From an uncultured delta proteobacterium (GTDB lineage: Bacteria; Desulfobacterota; BSN033; UBA1163), in NCBI GenBank assembly GCA_963820625.1, contig CAWGAV010000034.1, positions 95-64,094 on the forward strand: a stretch of 64,000 nucleotides of DNA, read 5' to 3'. This document shows, one piece after another, positions 19,894 through 30,500 of the stretch; positions within the stretch are counted from its first letter, which is position 1, and every line of letters begins with the position of its first letter. A program made the position numbers and the translations under genes. Under the pieces are notes generated by a model, which worked only from the letters and a program-made list of their open reading frames with translations, had not been told where the DNA came from and did not search any database.

Positions 19894-21378
19894 TGTCATT
19901 TAAGAATTAAAAGTGCACACCTTTTGATGGATTTAAAGTTTAAAATTGCACACCTGGTTTTTTGGATTCTTCGAGTTATCCATAGAGGGGGCAGAGAGCC
20001 GAACTCTCGTAGCACTCTGTGGATAACTCTCTTTCGGCTCTCTTGGATTTGAGGGATATAGTCCAAAACTCAAAAGGAGGTTTTAGGCTATGTCCCAAAT
20101 CCATAAACGATTTACTTCAGATCAAGTCAAAGAGCTTTTTGACCGTTATTCCAAGAATGAAATCGAACGAAAGTATATTCAGGAGATCCTGGGGGTGAGG
20201 AAAAGGCGGTTCTTCATGCTTCTGAAGCAATACAAAGAGAATCCTCAGCATTTCACGATTCGATACCAAAGAACGACCCCTCCACGCATCATCTCTCCCG
20301 AGATTGAGCACAATATCCTCAAAGAATTAACCATTGAAAAGAAAATCATTCAGAACAAAGAGATTCCTTTAAAATCTTACAATTACAGCTATATCCGAGA
20401 TCGTTTAAAAGGAAGATGCCATCAGAAGGTCTCCCTACCCACGATCATCGATCGGGCCAAAAAACATGGCTTCTATCTGAAGAAACCCAAAAGAACCCTC
20501 CATGACCGAGAGGTCTTAACCCGTTATGTCGGAGAACTGATTCAGCATGACTCCTCCTTTCATCTCTGGGCACCCGCCGCTCAAGAGAAATGGTATCTGA
20601 TCACTTCCCTGGATGATCATAGCCGCTTCATCCTTTATGCTGCCCTGGTCAAGAAAGAGACCAGTTGGTCCCACATCCAGGCTCTCCAAACCGTCATCCT
20701 TCGATACGGCCCTCCTTTCGCCTACTATGTCGATTCTCATTCCATCTTCCGATTTGTCCAGGGAAGAGACTCCTTCTGGCGAAAACACCATCTTCTGACC
20801 GATGAGGTCACCCCTCAGTGGAAACAGGTCCTGGAGGACTGCAATGTCAAAGTCACTTACGCCCTTTCTCCCCAAGCCAAAGGCAAGATCGAACGACCTT
20901 ACGGTTGGCTCCAAGACCATTTGATTCGAACCTGTGTCCGTGAAGATATCGCCGACATCAAACCGGCCCAGCAGATCCTTCGACAGGAAGTCCACCGATA
21001 TAACTACCGTCAGGTTCACTCGACCACTCAGGAGATTCCCTATTTTCGTTTTCAAAGAGCTTTGAAACAGAGGCGCTCTCTCTTTAGAGAATTCAAAATC
21101 AACCCTCCTTTCCAATCCGTGAAAGATATCTTCTGCCTCAGAATGGATCGAACCGTAGACTCCTATAGACAAATCTCTATTAGCCCTCTACAGTTCAAAG
21201 TCCACGCCGATCCAAGAAAAGAAGTCAATCTGCGTATTCACCCCCTCAACGATGAGATCTCTGAAATCCGATTCTGGTGCGAGGGAAAGTTGATCGACGT
21301 CCAAAAAGTCAAAATCTCCGACTTGAAAGGTGTGCACTTTTAAAGCTTAAAGTGTGCACTTTTAAACTTTAGCTAACA
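19894..21378 (+). mobile_element. Complete insertion sequence, 1485 bp, IS1202/ISNCY-like (rve DDE transposase, TGT termini, long TSD)
   Basis: The left end is TGTCATTTAAGAATTAAAAGTGCACAC. The reverse complement of the right end is TGTTAGCTAAAGTTTAAAAGTGCACAC. Each end carries two copies of the AAAAGTGCACAC-like subterminal repeat. There is a single 417-aa transposase ORF, flanked by a 16-bp direct duplication. Confidence 0.85.
20090..21343 (+). CDS. DDE (rve/integrase-core) transposase
   Basis: 417-aa ORF with an N-terminal HTH-like region. The catalytic region has IQHDSS, YYVDSHS and PQAKGKIERPYGWLQD (D, D, E context). Confidence 0.88.
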   Translation: MSQIHKRFTSDQVKELFDRYSKNEIERKYIQEILGVRKRRFFMLLKQYKENPQHFTIRYQRTTPPRIISPEIEHNILKELTIEKKIIQNKEIPLKSYNYSYIRDRLKGRCHQKVSLPTIIDRAKKHGFYLKKPKRTLHDREVLTRYVGELIQHDSSFHLWAPAAQEKWYLITSLDDHSRFILYAALVKKETSWSHIQALQTVILRYGPPFAYYVDSHSIFRFVQGRDSFWRKHHLLTDEVTPQWKQVLEDCNVKVTYALSPQAKGKIERPYGWLQDHLIRTCVREDIADIKPAQQILRQEVHRYNYRQVHSTTQEIPYFRFQRALKQRRSLFREFKINPPFQSVKDIFCLRMDRTVDSYRQISISPLQFKVHADPRKEVNLRIHPLNDEISEIRFWCEGKLIDVQKVKISDLKGVHF

Positions 21379-21394
21379 CCTTTCGACTCGCCAG
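21379..21394. repeat. Right copy of the 16-bp target-site duplication
   Basis: CCTTTCGACTCGCCAG is identical to 19878-19893. Confidence 0.85.
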
Positions 21395-21538
21395 CATAAA
21401 GGCTAAGGCTTGCCCAGTCCTCCGATGTAGCTCAGGACCGGATTTTGAGTATTGCCCAATGGCTCAGGGTTGACCCTGAGCGGCGCTATAAACAGTGCCC
21501 TAAGGCGTAGCTTGTCGCTGCCGAATGGGTCAAGAAAA

Positions 21539-22903
21539 TCACAGTTTACTGCCCACAAATTGATCGATGAGGGGTTGGAGATCAACGTTGAAATCATAAT
21601 GGACTCTCACCGTGGGCTGATCGATTCTGATCTTCCTTCTCAAATCCGTTGGTGTCGCAATGGCCACCGCATCACAAACGCAGCGCCGGATGGTGTTTTC
21701 AAGATCTTTGATCTGCTCCTCTGAATAACCCATGGCCGGAAGGACCTGACCAATATGCGGGTATTTCTCATAGACCCCTTTCAGCGAACCCACCACATAA
21801 GGCCTTGGATCCACCAATTCTCTGGCGAGTTTTCTGCAAGCCGCCGCACCTGCTCCATCAGGCATCCCTCCGTGGGTGATGGTTGGCCCATCCTCAACGA
21901 CCAATACCTTTTTGCCCACGATTCTCTCTGGATGATCCAAATGAGTGATAGAGGGGGCCTCCAGAACTTTCGCCCCAGGATTCATCAGAGAGATATTCTT
22001 CCTTATCTTTTTTAAAGACTCTTCACTCCCTTCATTCACCTTTGTAATGATGAGAAGATCTGCCCTCCTCAAGTTCACCTCTCCGGGATAATAGAGTTTT
22101 TCATGGTCAGGCCTCAGAGCATCTACAAGAACAATCTCCCAATCGGGCTTGATAAATGGAAAATCATTGTTTCCTCCATCCCAGACAATGACTTGAGACT
22201 CTTGTTCAGCCGCCTTCAATACCTGTTCATAATCCACCCCTGCGTAAACGGTAATGCCTATCTCCACGAGGGGTTCGAATTCCTCCCTCTCTTCAATGGT
22301 GCAGGATTCTTCGTCCACATCCCTCATATTGGAAAACCGTATCAACGGTTTGAACTCGCAATAAGCCATCGGGTGCCGGATCACCGAAACCTTAAGACCT
22401 TTCCTTTTCAAAAGGGAAGCTAACTTTCGAGTGATGGCCGACTTCCCGCAACCTGTCCTGACCGCACAAACAGAAATGACGGGGACCCGGCTTTCAATCA
22501 TCGTCTCCTTAGGCCCCAGGAAGACAAAATCTTGGCCTTTTGAAAGGACCCATGAGGCCTTATCCATGACCTCTTCGTGGGAAACATCACTGTAGGAAAA
22601 GATGACCTGATCGACCTGATATTCTGAGAGCAACTGAGGAAGTTCCTCTTCTGCGTAGATGGGGATGCCTTGGGGATAATGGGGTCCGCCAAGTTCTGGG
22701 GGATAGATTCGATCGGTAATGAAAGGAATTTGTGTGGCGGTGAAAGCCACCACATGGTAGGAGGGGCGGTCTCTGAAAAAGGTATTGAAATTATGGAAAT
22801 CCCTACCTCCGGCCCCGAGGAGTATGACCTGGATGGGTTCCCCTTTTGAACGACCTCTTTTCAACTTGTTCTCAAAACCTCTCTTTTTCACAGAACGACC
22901 CAA
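21539..22903 (-). CDS. Cyclic 2,3-diphosphoglycerate synthetase-like / P-loop GTPase-like protein
   Basis: 454-aa ORF with [13 protein letters not shown] at the N-terminus and the P-loop-like VRTGCGKS. From memory it resembles the cDPG synthetase-related family. This was not checked by search. Confidence 0.55.
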   Translation of the reverse strand: MGRSVKKRGFENKLKRGRSKGEPIQVILLGAGGRDFHNFNTFFRDRPSYHVVAFTATQIPFITDRIYPPELGGPHYPQGIPIYAEEELPQLLSEYQVDQVIFSYSDVSHEEVMDKASWVLSKGQDFVFLGPKETMIESRVPVISVCAVRTGCGKSAITRKLASLLKRKGLKVSVIRHPMAYCEFKPLIRFSNMRDVDEESCTIEEREEFEPLVEIGITVYAGVDYEQVLKAAEQESQVIVWDGGNNDFPFIKPDWEIVLVDALRPDHEKLYYPGEVNLRRADLLIITKVNEGSEESLKKIRKNISLMNPGAKVLEAPSITHLDHPERIVGKKVLVVEDGPTITHGGMPDGAGAAACRKLARELVDPRPYVVGSLKGVYEKYPHIGQVLPAMGYSEEQIKDLENTIRRCVCDAVAIATPTDLRRKIRIDQPTVRVHYDFNVDLQPLIDQFVGSKL

Positions 22904-23934
22904 GGAAGAGGAAGAAAAATTTTTTCATAAAGATTGAAGGCGTAACGGTCTGTCATGCCAGCCAGAAAGTCACAGACACATCGCTCCAAGGAATCATAAA
23001 GCGATTCCATTTTGATCAGCGTTAAAAAATAATCCGGATGGTCGACCAGATATTGATAGAGCTCCCGCAAAATCTTTGTCGCCTTATGGAAATCGGAATG
23101 AACGGCTTCACTCTCGTAAACATGCTCCCATAGGAATTCCCGAAGGTCCCAGATCCCTGAGAGAACCTCTTTTGAAATGAAAAGTTTCCCGCCCCCGGAT
23201 CGGAGGGTTTCTTGGATCAGATCATTGACCATCGTATTAATTCGTTTCGAATGGGTATCGCCCAGACATTTCAGACAATCACCAGGAATATCGTTTGGGG
23301 AAATCACCCCTCCTCGAATCGCATCATCGATATCATGGTTGATATAAGCAATGATATCTGCAATGCGCACCACCTGACCTTCAGGCGTAAAGGCCATCGC
23401 TTCGGGATCCTCACAGAGGATCTCCCCTTTCCCTTTGGTATGTTTCAAAATGCCATCTCTCACCTCAGATGTCAGATTCAATCCTTTCCCATCCTTCTCT
23501 AAAAGATCAACCACTCTCAGGCTTTGATCGGCATGGTTAAATCCGCCTGGAACGATCTCATTCAGGGTATCCTCTCCGGCATGGCCGAATGGGGTGTGAC
23601 CCAAATCGTGTCCCAATGAGATGGCTTCTGTTAAATCCTCATTGAGACGGAGGGCTTTGGCAATCGTCCGTGCAATCTGAGAAACCTCAAGGGTATGAGT
23701 CAATCGGGTCCGGTAATGATCACCCATTGGAATGAGAAAAACCTGGGTTTTATGTTTCAACCTCCGAAAAGATTTGGAATGGATGATTCGATCCCGGTCG
23801 TGTTGGAAGGCAGGCCGGAGCGGACATTCCTCCTCAAAGAATTGACGGCCTTTCGTCTTTGAACTAAATGTTGCAAAAGGAGAGAGAATTTCTCTCTCCC
23901 GCTCTTCTAATTCCTCCCTGATCGTTCTTGTCAA
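22888..23934 (-). CDS. dgt: dGTP triphosphohydrolase-like HD protein
   Basis: 348-aa ORF with [27 protein letters not shown] and [11 protein letters not shown] motifs. Confidence 0.9.
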   Translation of the reverse strand: MTRTIREELEEREREILSPFATFSSKTKGRQFFEEECPLRPAFQHDRDRIIHSKSFRRLKHKTQVFLIPMGDHYRTRLTHTLEVSQIARTIAKALRLNEDLTEAISLGHDLGHTPFGHAGEDTLNEIVPGGFNHADQSLRVVDLLEKDGKGLNLTSEVRDGILKHTKGKGEILCEDPEAMAFTPEGQVVRIADIIAYINHDIDDAIRGGVISPNDIPGDCLKCLGDTHSKRINTMVNDLIQETLRSGGGKLFISKEVLSGIWDLREFLWEHVYESEAVHSDFHKATKILRELYQYLVDHPDYFLTLIKMESLYDSLERCVCDFLAGMTDRYAFNLYEKIFLPLPWVVL

Positions 23935-24013
23935 TTGACAGGCTCCATTTGATCGAATATGCTTTAAAAGCTAACTTATCATAAAAAAAAGGCTTTATCA
24001 AACTGAACCTAAA

Positions 24014-25417
24014 ATGGACGCGAATCAATTGAAAGAAGAAATCCATAAGGATTTGATCCTCTCTAAACTGTCGAGACTGGCAAAGGAGAAGAAGATACCT
24101 TTTTTTTTGGTAGGAGGTTACCTCAGGGATCTCTTGCTTGGAACACCGGGAAAGGACTATGACTTTGCCTTGTCGAAAAATGCCTCCTTATTTATCGAAA
24201 CCATTGAGGAAGCCTTTCGTCTTCACTTCTTTAAAGTGGGAAAAGAGGAAATGAACACCATCACTTATCGAATTATCAAGGAGAATATGTCCATTGATCT
24301 CACTTTTTTACAAGGGGAAACGATTGAAGAGGATCTTCGAAGAAGAGACTTCACCATCAACGCCATTGCCTTCTCCCTCCAAGAAGAATCTTTCCATTTT
24401 GTGGGAGGAAGTCTGGAGGATATTGGGAAAAAGGTGATCCGTACTGTCTCAAACCACTCCATTGATCAGGATCCATTAAGGATGCTACGGGCGATCCGTT
24501 ACCTTTGCACCCTTGATGGTTTTGTCATGGATAAGGAATTGAGGGAGGAGATTTCCTTAAAAAAAGAAAAGATCCTTAGCCTCCCCGGAGAGCGGATCAA
24601 AACAGAACTGGATCAGATTCTTCTCTCTCCTTGGCCAGTCATTGGAATAAAATCCCTTCATGAATCCAATTTACTCTTCACCCTCATTCCGGAGTTTAAG
24701 GGTTTGGAAAACCTCGGCCAAAATGAACATCACCATCTGGACGTCTTTTCTCATACCCTTCTCATGGTTGAAAAAATATCATGGGCTTCTGAATGGGTCG
24801 CTCGAAATCATCAAGAGATCTTCCTAAATCAAGAAGATCAGCTCTCTTTATATTATGCCGCCCTATTCCACGATATCGGCAAACAAGACACCTATTCAAA
24901 GGATGAAAAAGGAAGAGTTCATTTCTATTACCATGAGGCTTTCTCTGTTCGAGCAGCGGAGAGGATCATGGAAAGGCTCCGTTTTTCCAACTTGATGAAA
25001 AATAAAATTCTCCGTCTCATTAAAAATCATATGAGAATCCTCAACCTATCCCAGGAGACAAAAGAGACAGCCCTTAAAAGATTGGTCAATCAGATTGGGG
25101 ATGAAACTCCTCTCCTCGTCCTCCTCACCCTTGCGGATAAGGAGGGGAGTCGCGGAATCTTATCGATCCAGATTGACGAAGTGGTCGAGGGCCATTGTCT
25201 CCGGATCTTGGAATTGTTTAATGAAAAAGATATTGTCCACCCTCCCCCTTTTATTACAGGACACGATGTGATGGCATTGGGCTATTCCTCTGGACCGAGA
25301 GTGGGGCAAATCCTGAACTTCATCCGCCAGAAGCAGGTTGAGGGCGAGATCAAAAATAGGGAAGAGGCTTTAAGGTTGTTAAGAGAAAAATTCGGGATCG
25401 AAGGGTTGAAGGGTTAA
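24014..25417 (+). CDS. cca: CCA tRNA nucleotidyltransferase / poly(A) polymerase-family protein with a C-terminal HD domain
   Basis: 467-aa ORF with the head domain FLVGGYLRDLLLG..KDYDF, RRDFTINA and an HD region (LFHDIGK). Confidence 0.82.
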   Translation: MDANQLKEEIHKDLILSKLSRLAKEKKIPFFLVGGYLRDLLLGTPGKDYDFALSKNASLFIETIEEAFRLHFFKVGKEEMNTITYRIIKENMSIDLTFLQGETIEEDLRRRDFTINAIAFSLQEESFHFVGGSLEDIGKKVIRTVSNHSIDQDPLRMLRAIRYLCTLDGFVMDKELREEISLKKEKILSLPGERIKTELDQILLSPWPVIGIKSLHESNLLFTLIPEFKGLENLGQNEHHHLDVFSHTLLMVEKISWASEWVARNHQEIFLNQEDQLSLYYAALFHDIGKQDTYSKDEKGRVHFYYHEAFSVRAAERIMERLRFSNLMKNKILRLIKNHMRILNLSQETKETALKRLVNQIGDETPLLVLLTLADKEGSRGILSIQIDEVVEGHCLRILELFNEKDIVHPPPFITGHDVMALGYSSGPRVGQILNFIRQKQVEGEIKNREEALRLLREKFGIEGLKG

Positions 25418-25507
25418 ATTTGGAGCAATATTCAAGTAGATATTTCGACTGTCAGTTGCTATAATCCAAATAAAGTCCGTGGACGTAATGGAGAAAGGAG
25501 TTATCCA

Positions 25508-26221
25508 ATGATTATTCGAATGCTTACGATCGTTATAGTCGTTTTACTGACCGCCTTACCTGCTTCGGCCCAACTTGATCGAATTTTCAAGGGACTAGGC
25601 GTTGGCCAGCAGAGCGGGCTTAGCGATGCAAAGATCGGATCCGGTTTGAAGGAAGCCTTAAAGGTTGGTACAGAAAATACCGTCAATTTGACCGGTCGAC
25701 TCGATGGTTATTTTCTTAACCAGGCCATAAAGATCCTGATGCCTGAGAAACTCCGAAACTTGGAAAAAGGATTGAGAACGGTTGGCTATGGTCCGCAAGT
25801 AGACGAATTTGAGCTGAGTATGAACCGTGCTGCCGAGCAAGTAGCTCCTTTTGCCAAAGAGATCTTTTGGGATGCCATTGGAGAGATAACCTTCGAAGAT
25901 GCAAGGAAAATCCTTTCAGGCCATGAAACTGCTGCAACAGATTATTTCAAGTCCAAGACGACTGATAAACTTACAGCCGCTTTCCGGCCAGTGGTCGATA
26001 AGGCAATGAATGAGGTGGGTGTGACCCGTCAATATAAGGAATTGGTCGGACGCTTTCAATCCATCCCCTTCGTCAAGAGCGAGTCCTTTGACATCGACCA
26101 CTATGTCGTCACCAAGGCACTCGATGGCTTGTTTCATGTATTGGGGGAAGAAGAACGAAAGATTCGCACAAACCCTACCGCCCGAGTTACGGATCTTCTG
26201 AAAGAGGTATTTGGAAAGTGA
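25508..26221 (+). CDS. Secreted DUF4197-like protein
   Basis: 237-aa ORF with a signal peptide (..LTALPASAQ). The GLKEAL..G and ILMPEKL motifs are recalled for DUF4197. Confidence 0.65.
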   Translation: MIIRMLTIVIVVLLTALPASAQLDRIFKGLGVGQQSGLSDAKIGSGLKEALKVGTENTVNLTGRLDGYFLNQAIKILMPEKLRNLEKGLRTVGYGPQVDEFELSMNRAAEQVAPFAKEIFWDAIGEITFEDARKILSGHETAATDYFKSKTTDKLTAAFRPVVDKAMNEVGVTRQYKELVGRFQSIPFVKSESFDIDHYVVTKALDGLFHVLGEEERKIRTNPTARVTDLLKEVFGK

Positions 26222-26241
26222 AGCTATGTGAGAGGAAACCA

Positions 26242-29200
26242 ATGCGCCGATTAAAGAAAATCCTCATTGGGTTAGTTTCATTCTTTGTATTATTTACCAT
26301 CGTCGGTTTTTTTGTATTACCACCTATTCTTAAATCCATATTGGTAAAAAAACTTTCTGAAAATCTTCATCGTGAGGTAACGATCAGTCAGATCAAGGTT
26401 AATCCTTACACCCTATCCATAACGGCGAGAGGCCTTTTGGTGAAAGACCGGGGTAGCTCAGAAACTTTCGTATCTTGTGAGGAAATCTATTTGAATTTCC
26501 AGAGTTTTTCAGCCCTTAGATTGGCCCTTATTCTTAGTGAAATCAGGTTAAAGGAACCCTTCATAAAAATTACTCTCAATCAAGACATGTCCTATAATTT
26601 TTCTGATTTGATTGAAAAGAAGGAAGCTAAACCCCCAGAGAAGGAAAAGTCGAAACCCTTAAGGTTTTCATTGAATAACATCAGAATAGAAAACGGGAGC
26701 ATAGATTTTTGGGATGGACCTAAACAGACAAAGCATACGGTCAGAGAACTGAATATCGCTGTTCCATTTTTATCCAATATCCTTTACTACATCGATACTG
26801 ACGTTCAACCCGTGTTTTCAGCAAAAATTAACGAGACTCCTTATACCCTTCAAGGAAAGATAAAACCGTATGCAGATTCCCTCGAAACCTCTTTTGACAT
26901 CAATATTAGCGATCTGGATATTCCCTATTACCTTGCTTATTTCCCCATCAAAATGAATTTAAAGATTGTCTCGGCATATCTTGATACACAGGCAAAGATT
27001 TCTTTTATTCAATCTAAGGGCAGGAAGCCTTCCCTCATAGTCACAGGAAATGTCTCCCTAAAAAAAATAGCCGTTGACGACCAACAGAATAAACCCTTAT
27101 TACGGCTTCCCCTGTTCGATATCTCCTTTGCTGAGTCAGAACTGCTTTCTAAAATCATTCATCTATCAAAAATCTCCATTCAATCGCCTGAATTGGAAAT
27201 ACGACGTGATGAAAAAGGAGCTCTCAATGTTCAATCCCTTTTACCAGAAAAGAAAGAGACGAAACCTACCCCTAAAAAAGAAGAGGACTCCGCACCCTTA
27301 TTTTTAGACATAGATGAGGTGCAACTGGCAGGTGGAAAAATCTCTTTCTCTGACTTTTCCAGAAGTAAACCCTTCAAGACGATCTTAGATCCGGTAGAAC
27401 TGAAGGTTGAACATTTCAGCAACGGCAAAGATAAGAAATCGGCCTATGCTCTGTCACTCAAAACGGAAGCCAAAGAAACCATCCAGCTTGGGGGTGAATT
27501 TTCCATGGAACCTCTTTGGGGAGAGGGAGCCTTGGAGCTCAAATCTGTCCCGTTAAAGAAATATGCACCCTATTATCGCGATAACGTCCTATTTGACATC
27601 GAGGATGGCCGCCTTGACCTATCAACCCGCTACAAATATGCAAAAGGAGAAAAGGAACCGGATGTCAATCTTTCAGGGATTTCCATTTCCATCAATGCCC
27701 TCCGTCTTAAAAAAGCTGAAGAAAATGAGGACTTCCTCAAAATCCCTAACTTTTTAATCAAAGAGACTGAACTCGATCTTACAAAAAAGGAACTTAAAAT
27801 TGGAGGATTCTCCATACAGAAAGGTGAACTTCTTATCAGGCGTTTAAAGAACGGGGATATGAATGTCCTTAAGCTGGTCGCCCCTCCGTCGGTTCCGAAA
27901 GAAACAGTTCCTAAGGAACGATCCGATGAAACCAAAAGCAAACCTCCTGAAAAACCATGGCTTGTATCACTGAAACAAGTGTCCGTTGATAATTATATGA
28001 TCCGAGTCGAAGACCGAACCCCTTCCCAACCCGTCACCATTGCTGCAGAAAACATGAAGTTAAGGGGAGAGAATATCTCGACAGCTAAAAATAGCAAGGG
28101 CAAACTCTCCCTTTCTCTTCTTTTAGATAAGAAAGGAACCATTTCCACAACGGGGATGATCGGCATTGATCCCCTTACCGCTGATTTAAAGATGGATTTG
28201 AAAGGCATTGAGATTGGCCCACTCCAATCCTACTTCACGGATAAAATAAAGATTACGGTAACAGAGGGCACCATTTCAACAGCGGGCAACTTTTCATTAG
28301 GGACTACCGACAAAAAAGAGCTGAAAGCCGCCTACAGAGGTGAAGCCTCTCTATCCAATTTCTCTTCGATCGACAAACTGAATGCGGAGGATTTCCTGAA
28401 ATGGGAATCTCTCTCTTTCAGTGGTCTCAACGTGGGGTACAACCCTCTCTTGATTGATATTAAAGGAATCTCACTTACCAATTTCTATTCTCGGGTGATC
28501 ATGAACCCTGGTGGAACTCTTAACCTTCAGGAGATCATTGAAAAGGGTGAGCTAAAGCAAGAAACCACCCAACCTCCTGTAACACAAGGAAAGACTCCCC
28601 CTCCGACTCAGGAGAAGGCAACCCCTTCGCAAAAAGAAAAAGAGTCTACAAAAGACATCAAAATTGGCACGGTCACCCTTCAGGGAGGAACAATTGACTT
28701 CTCAGACAGATCCGTTAAACCAGATTACTCAGCAAAACTGACTGAGATAGGTGGAAGAATCTCAGGGCTTTCCTCTGAAGAAACCACCATGGCAGATGTG
28801 GAACTCCGCGGGAAACTCGATGATTACGCCCCACTCGAAATCACGGGTAAAATCAATCCTCTGAAAGAGGACCTTTATGTAGACATAAAAGCCAGATTTA
28901 AGGATATGGAACTCAGTCCGACGACCCCCTATGCGGGGAAATACGTCGGATACACCGTCGAGAAAGGAAAACTCTCCTTTGACCTTAAATATCTCATCGT
29001 CAAGAAGAAACTTGAATCTCAGAATCAAATCTTCATGGATCAGCTCACCTTGGGAGAAAAAGTGGAAAGTCCTCATGCGACGAAGCTCCCTGTCAAGCTT
29101 GCCATTGCTCTTCTTAAGGATCGGAAGGGGGAAATCAAACTGGACATCCCTGTGACAGGGAGCCTGGATGACCCTAAATTCAGTGTTTGGGGAATCATCC

Positions 29201-29844
29201 TGAAGATACTCATTAATTTGATCGCGAGGGCTGCCACCTCACCTTTTTCACTTCTTGGAGCTGTGTTCGGCGGTGGAGAAGAACTGAGTTACGTAGAGTT
29301 TGATTACGGAAGCACAATCATATCAGAAGCGAATGTAAAAAAACTCGATACTATAGTAAAGGCTCTCCATGATCGACCTTCCCTCAAAATGGATATTGAG
29401 GGCCATGTGGATATGGAGAAAGACAGGGAGGGATTAAAGCAGTACCTCTTCAACAGAAAGGTGAAAGCACAGAAACTCAATGAAATGGTCAAGAAAGGAC
29501 AACCAAGCGTTCCCGTCGATGAGGTTAAAATCGAACCTAACGAGTACGAAAAATATCTAAAAATGGCTTATAAAGAAGAAAAATTCCCAAAGCCAAGAAA
29601 TATTCTCGGCATGGCCAAAGACCTTCCAGTCCCTGAAATGGAAAAGTTGATGCTGACCCATCTAGAGATAAAGGAGAGCGACCTGAGAAACCTTGCCTCT
29701 CAGCGGGCCATGAAGGTAAAAGACGCCATCCTGAAATCGAGGCAGGTTGAACCAGAAAGAGTATTTATCCTTGAACCAAAATCTCTTGCGCCGGAAAAGA
29801 AGGGAAAGGTCAAAGATAGCCGTGTTGATTTTAAACTTAAATAA
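26242..29844 (+). CDS. Large DUF748 / AsmA-like envelope protein
   Basis: A roughly 1200-aa ORF. The probable start is ATG 26242, after GAGAGGA. It has an N-terminal TM anchor, a repetitive beta-rich body and a C-terminal segment typical of DUF748 proteins. Confidence 0.65.
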   Translation: MRRLKKILIGLVSFFVLFTIVGFFVLPPILKSILVKKLSENLHREVTISQIKVNPYTLSITARGLLVKDRGSSETFVSCEEIYLNFQSFSALRLALILSEIRLKEPFIKITLNQDMSYNFSDLIEKKEAKPPEKEKSKPLRFSLNNIRIENGSIDFWDGPKQTKHTVRELNIAVPFLSNILYYIDTDVQPVFSAKINETPYTLQGKIKPYADSLETSFDINISDLDIPYYLAYFPIKMNLKIVSAYLDTQAKISFIQSKGRKPSLIVTGNVSLKKIAVDDQQNKPLLRLPLFDISFAESELLSKIIHLSKISIQSPELEIRRDEKGALNVQSLLPEKKETKPTPKKEEDSAPLFLDIDEVQLAGGKISFSDFSRSKPFKTILDPVELKVEHFSNGKDKKSAYALSLKTEAKETIQLGGEFSMEPLWGEGALELKSVPLKKYAPYYRDNVLFDIEDGRLDLSTRYKYAKGEKEPDVNLSGISISINALRLKKAEENEDFLKIPNFLIKETELDLTKKELKIGGFSIQKGELLIRRLKNGDMNVLKLVAPPSVPKETVPKERSDETKSKPPEKPWLVSLKQVSVDNYMIRVEDRTPSQPVTIAAENMKLRGENISTAKNSKGKLSLSLLLDKKGTISTTGMIGIDPLTADLKMDLKGIEIGPLQSYFTDKIKITVTEGTISTAGNFSLGTTDKKELKAAYRGEASLSNFSSIDKLNAEDFLKWESLSFSGLNVGYNPLLIDIKGISLTNFYSRVIMNPGGTLNLQEIIEKGELKQETTQPPVTQGKTPPPTQEKATPSQKEKESTKDIKIGTVTLQGGTIDFSDRSVKPDYSAKLTEIGGRISGLSSEETTMADVELRGKLDDYAPLEITGKINPLKEDLYVDIKARFKDMELSPTTPYAGKYVGYTVEKGKLSFDLKYLIVKKKLESQNQIFMDQLTLGEKVESPHATKLPVKLAIALLKDRKGEIKLDIPVTGSLDDPKFSVWGIILKILINLIARAATSPFSLLGAVFGGGEELSYVEFDYGSTIISEANVKKLDTIVKALHDRPSLKMDIEGHVDMEKDREGLKQYLFNRKVKAQKLNEMVKKGQPSVPVDEVKIEPNEYEKYLKMAYKEEKFPKPRNILGMAKDLPVPEMEKLMLTHLEIKESDLRNLASQRAMKVKDAILKSRQVEPERVFILEPKSLAPEKKGKVKDSRVDFKLK

Positions 29845-29855
29845 GTAGCAGGTTA

Positions 29856-29972
29856 CTGAAAAAGTCCTCCCTATCATTAGAATGCCATTCCTGCAGAAGC
29901 AGGAATCCAGTTTTTTCATGCCTTTCTAGACTCCCGCTTTTGCGGGAGTGACAATGAAATGGCATTTTTCAG
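29856..29972. repeat. Multi-hairpin intergenic element E1, upstream of mscL
   Basis: The outer stems are CTGAAAAA / TTTTTCAG and AATGCCATT / AATGGCATT. The inner hairpins are ATTCCTGCAGAAGCAGGAAT and ACTCCCGCTTTTGCGGGAGT. Confidence 0.75.
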
Positions 29973-30026
29973 CACCCTGTTTGAAAACAGTCCATCAAAC
30001 TCTCATTTTAAGAGGAGGGGCCATTG

Positions 30027-30482
30027 ATGTTAAAGGAATTTAAAGAATTTGCAATGCGGGGGAATGTGTTGGATATGGCTATTGGAATTATCATTGGGGC
30101 TGCCTTTGGTACCATCGTCAATTCATTTGTTCAAGATGTAATCATGCCACCTATTGGTCTGCTTCTCGGAAATGTCGATTTTGCCAATATCTTTGTTGTC
30201 CTCAAAGAAGGCAAGGTAGCCGGGCCTTACGCCTCAGTGGCCGCTGCGAAATCGGCGGGTGCAGTGACCATCAACTTTGGAGTGTTCGTGAACACCCTCA
30301 TCAGCTTTATCATTGTTGCCTTCGCCGTATTTCTTCTTGTTCGGACCATAAATAAACTAAGACGCCAAGAGGAAGCACCACCCCCCGTACCAACAACAAA
30401 AGAGTGCGCTTACTGTTTCTCAAAGATCCCCGTTAAGGCAACACGTTGTCCAAGCTGTACTTCTGAGTTGAAGGCAGGTTAA
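30027..30482 (+). CDS. mscL: Large-conductance mechanosensitive channel MscL with a C-terminal CxxC..CxxC zinc-ribbon tail
   Basis: The N-terminus [26 protein letters not shown] is typical of MscL. The C-terminal tail is [18 protein letters not shown]. Confidence 0.9.
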   Translation: MLKEFKEFAMRGNVLDMAIGIIIGAAFGTIVNSFVQDVIMPPIGLLLGNVDFANIFVVLKEGKVAGPYASVAAAKSAGAVTINFGVFVNTLISFIIVAFAVFLLVRTINKLRRQEEAPPPVPTTKECAYCFSKIPVKATRCPSCTSELKAG

Positions 30483-30500
30483 AGGTAGGTCTAACAGATT

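Noticed and set aside
21420-21485. tRNA-like string TCCGATGTAGCTCAGG, followed by the hairpin GCTCAGGGTTGACCCTGAGC, next to the IS.
   Set aside because: A D-arm closing strand, an anticodon arm and a T-arm (GTTCRA) cannot be formed. It is at best a chance resemblance or a tiny tRNA 5' remnant.
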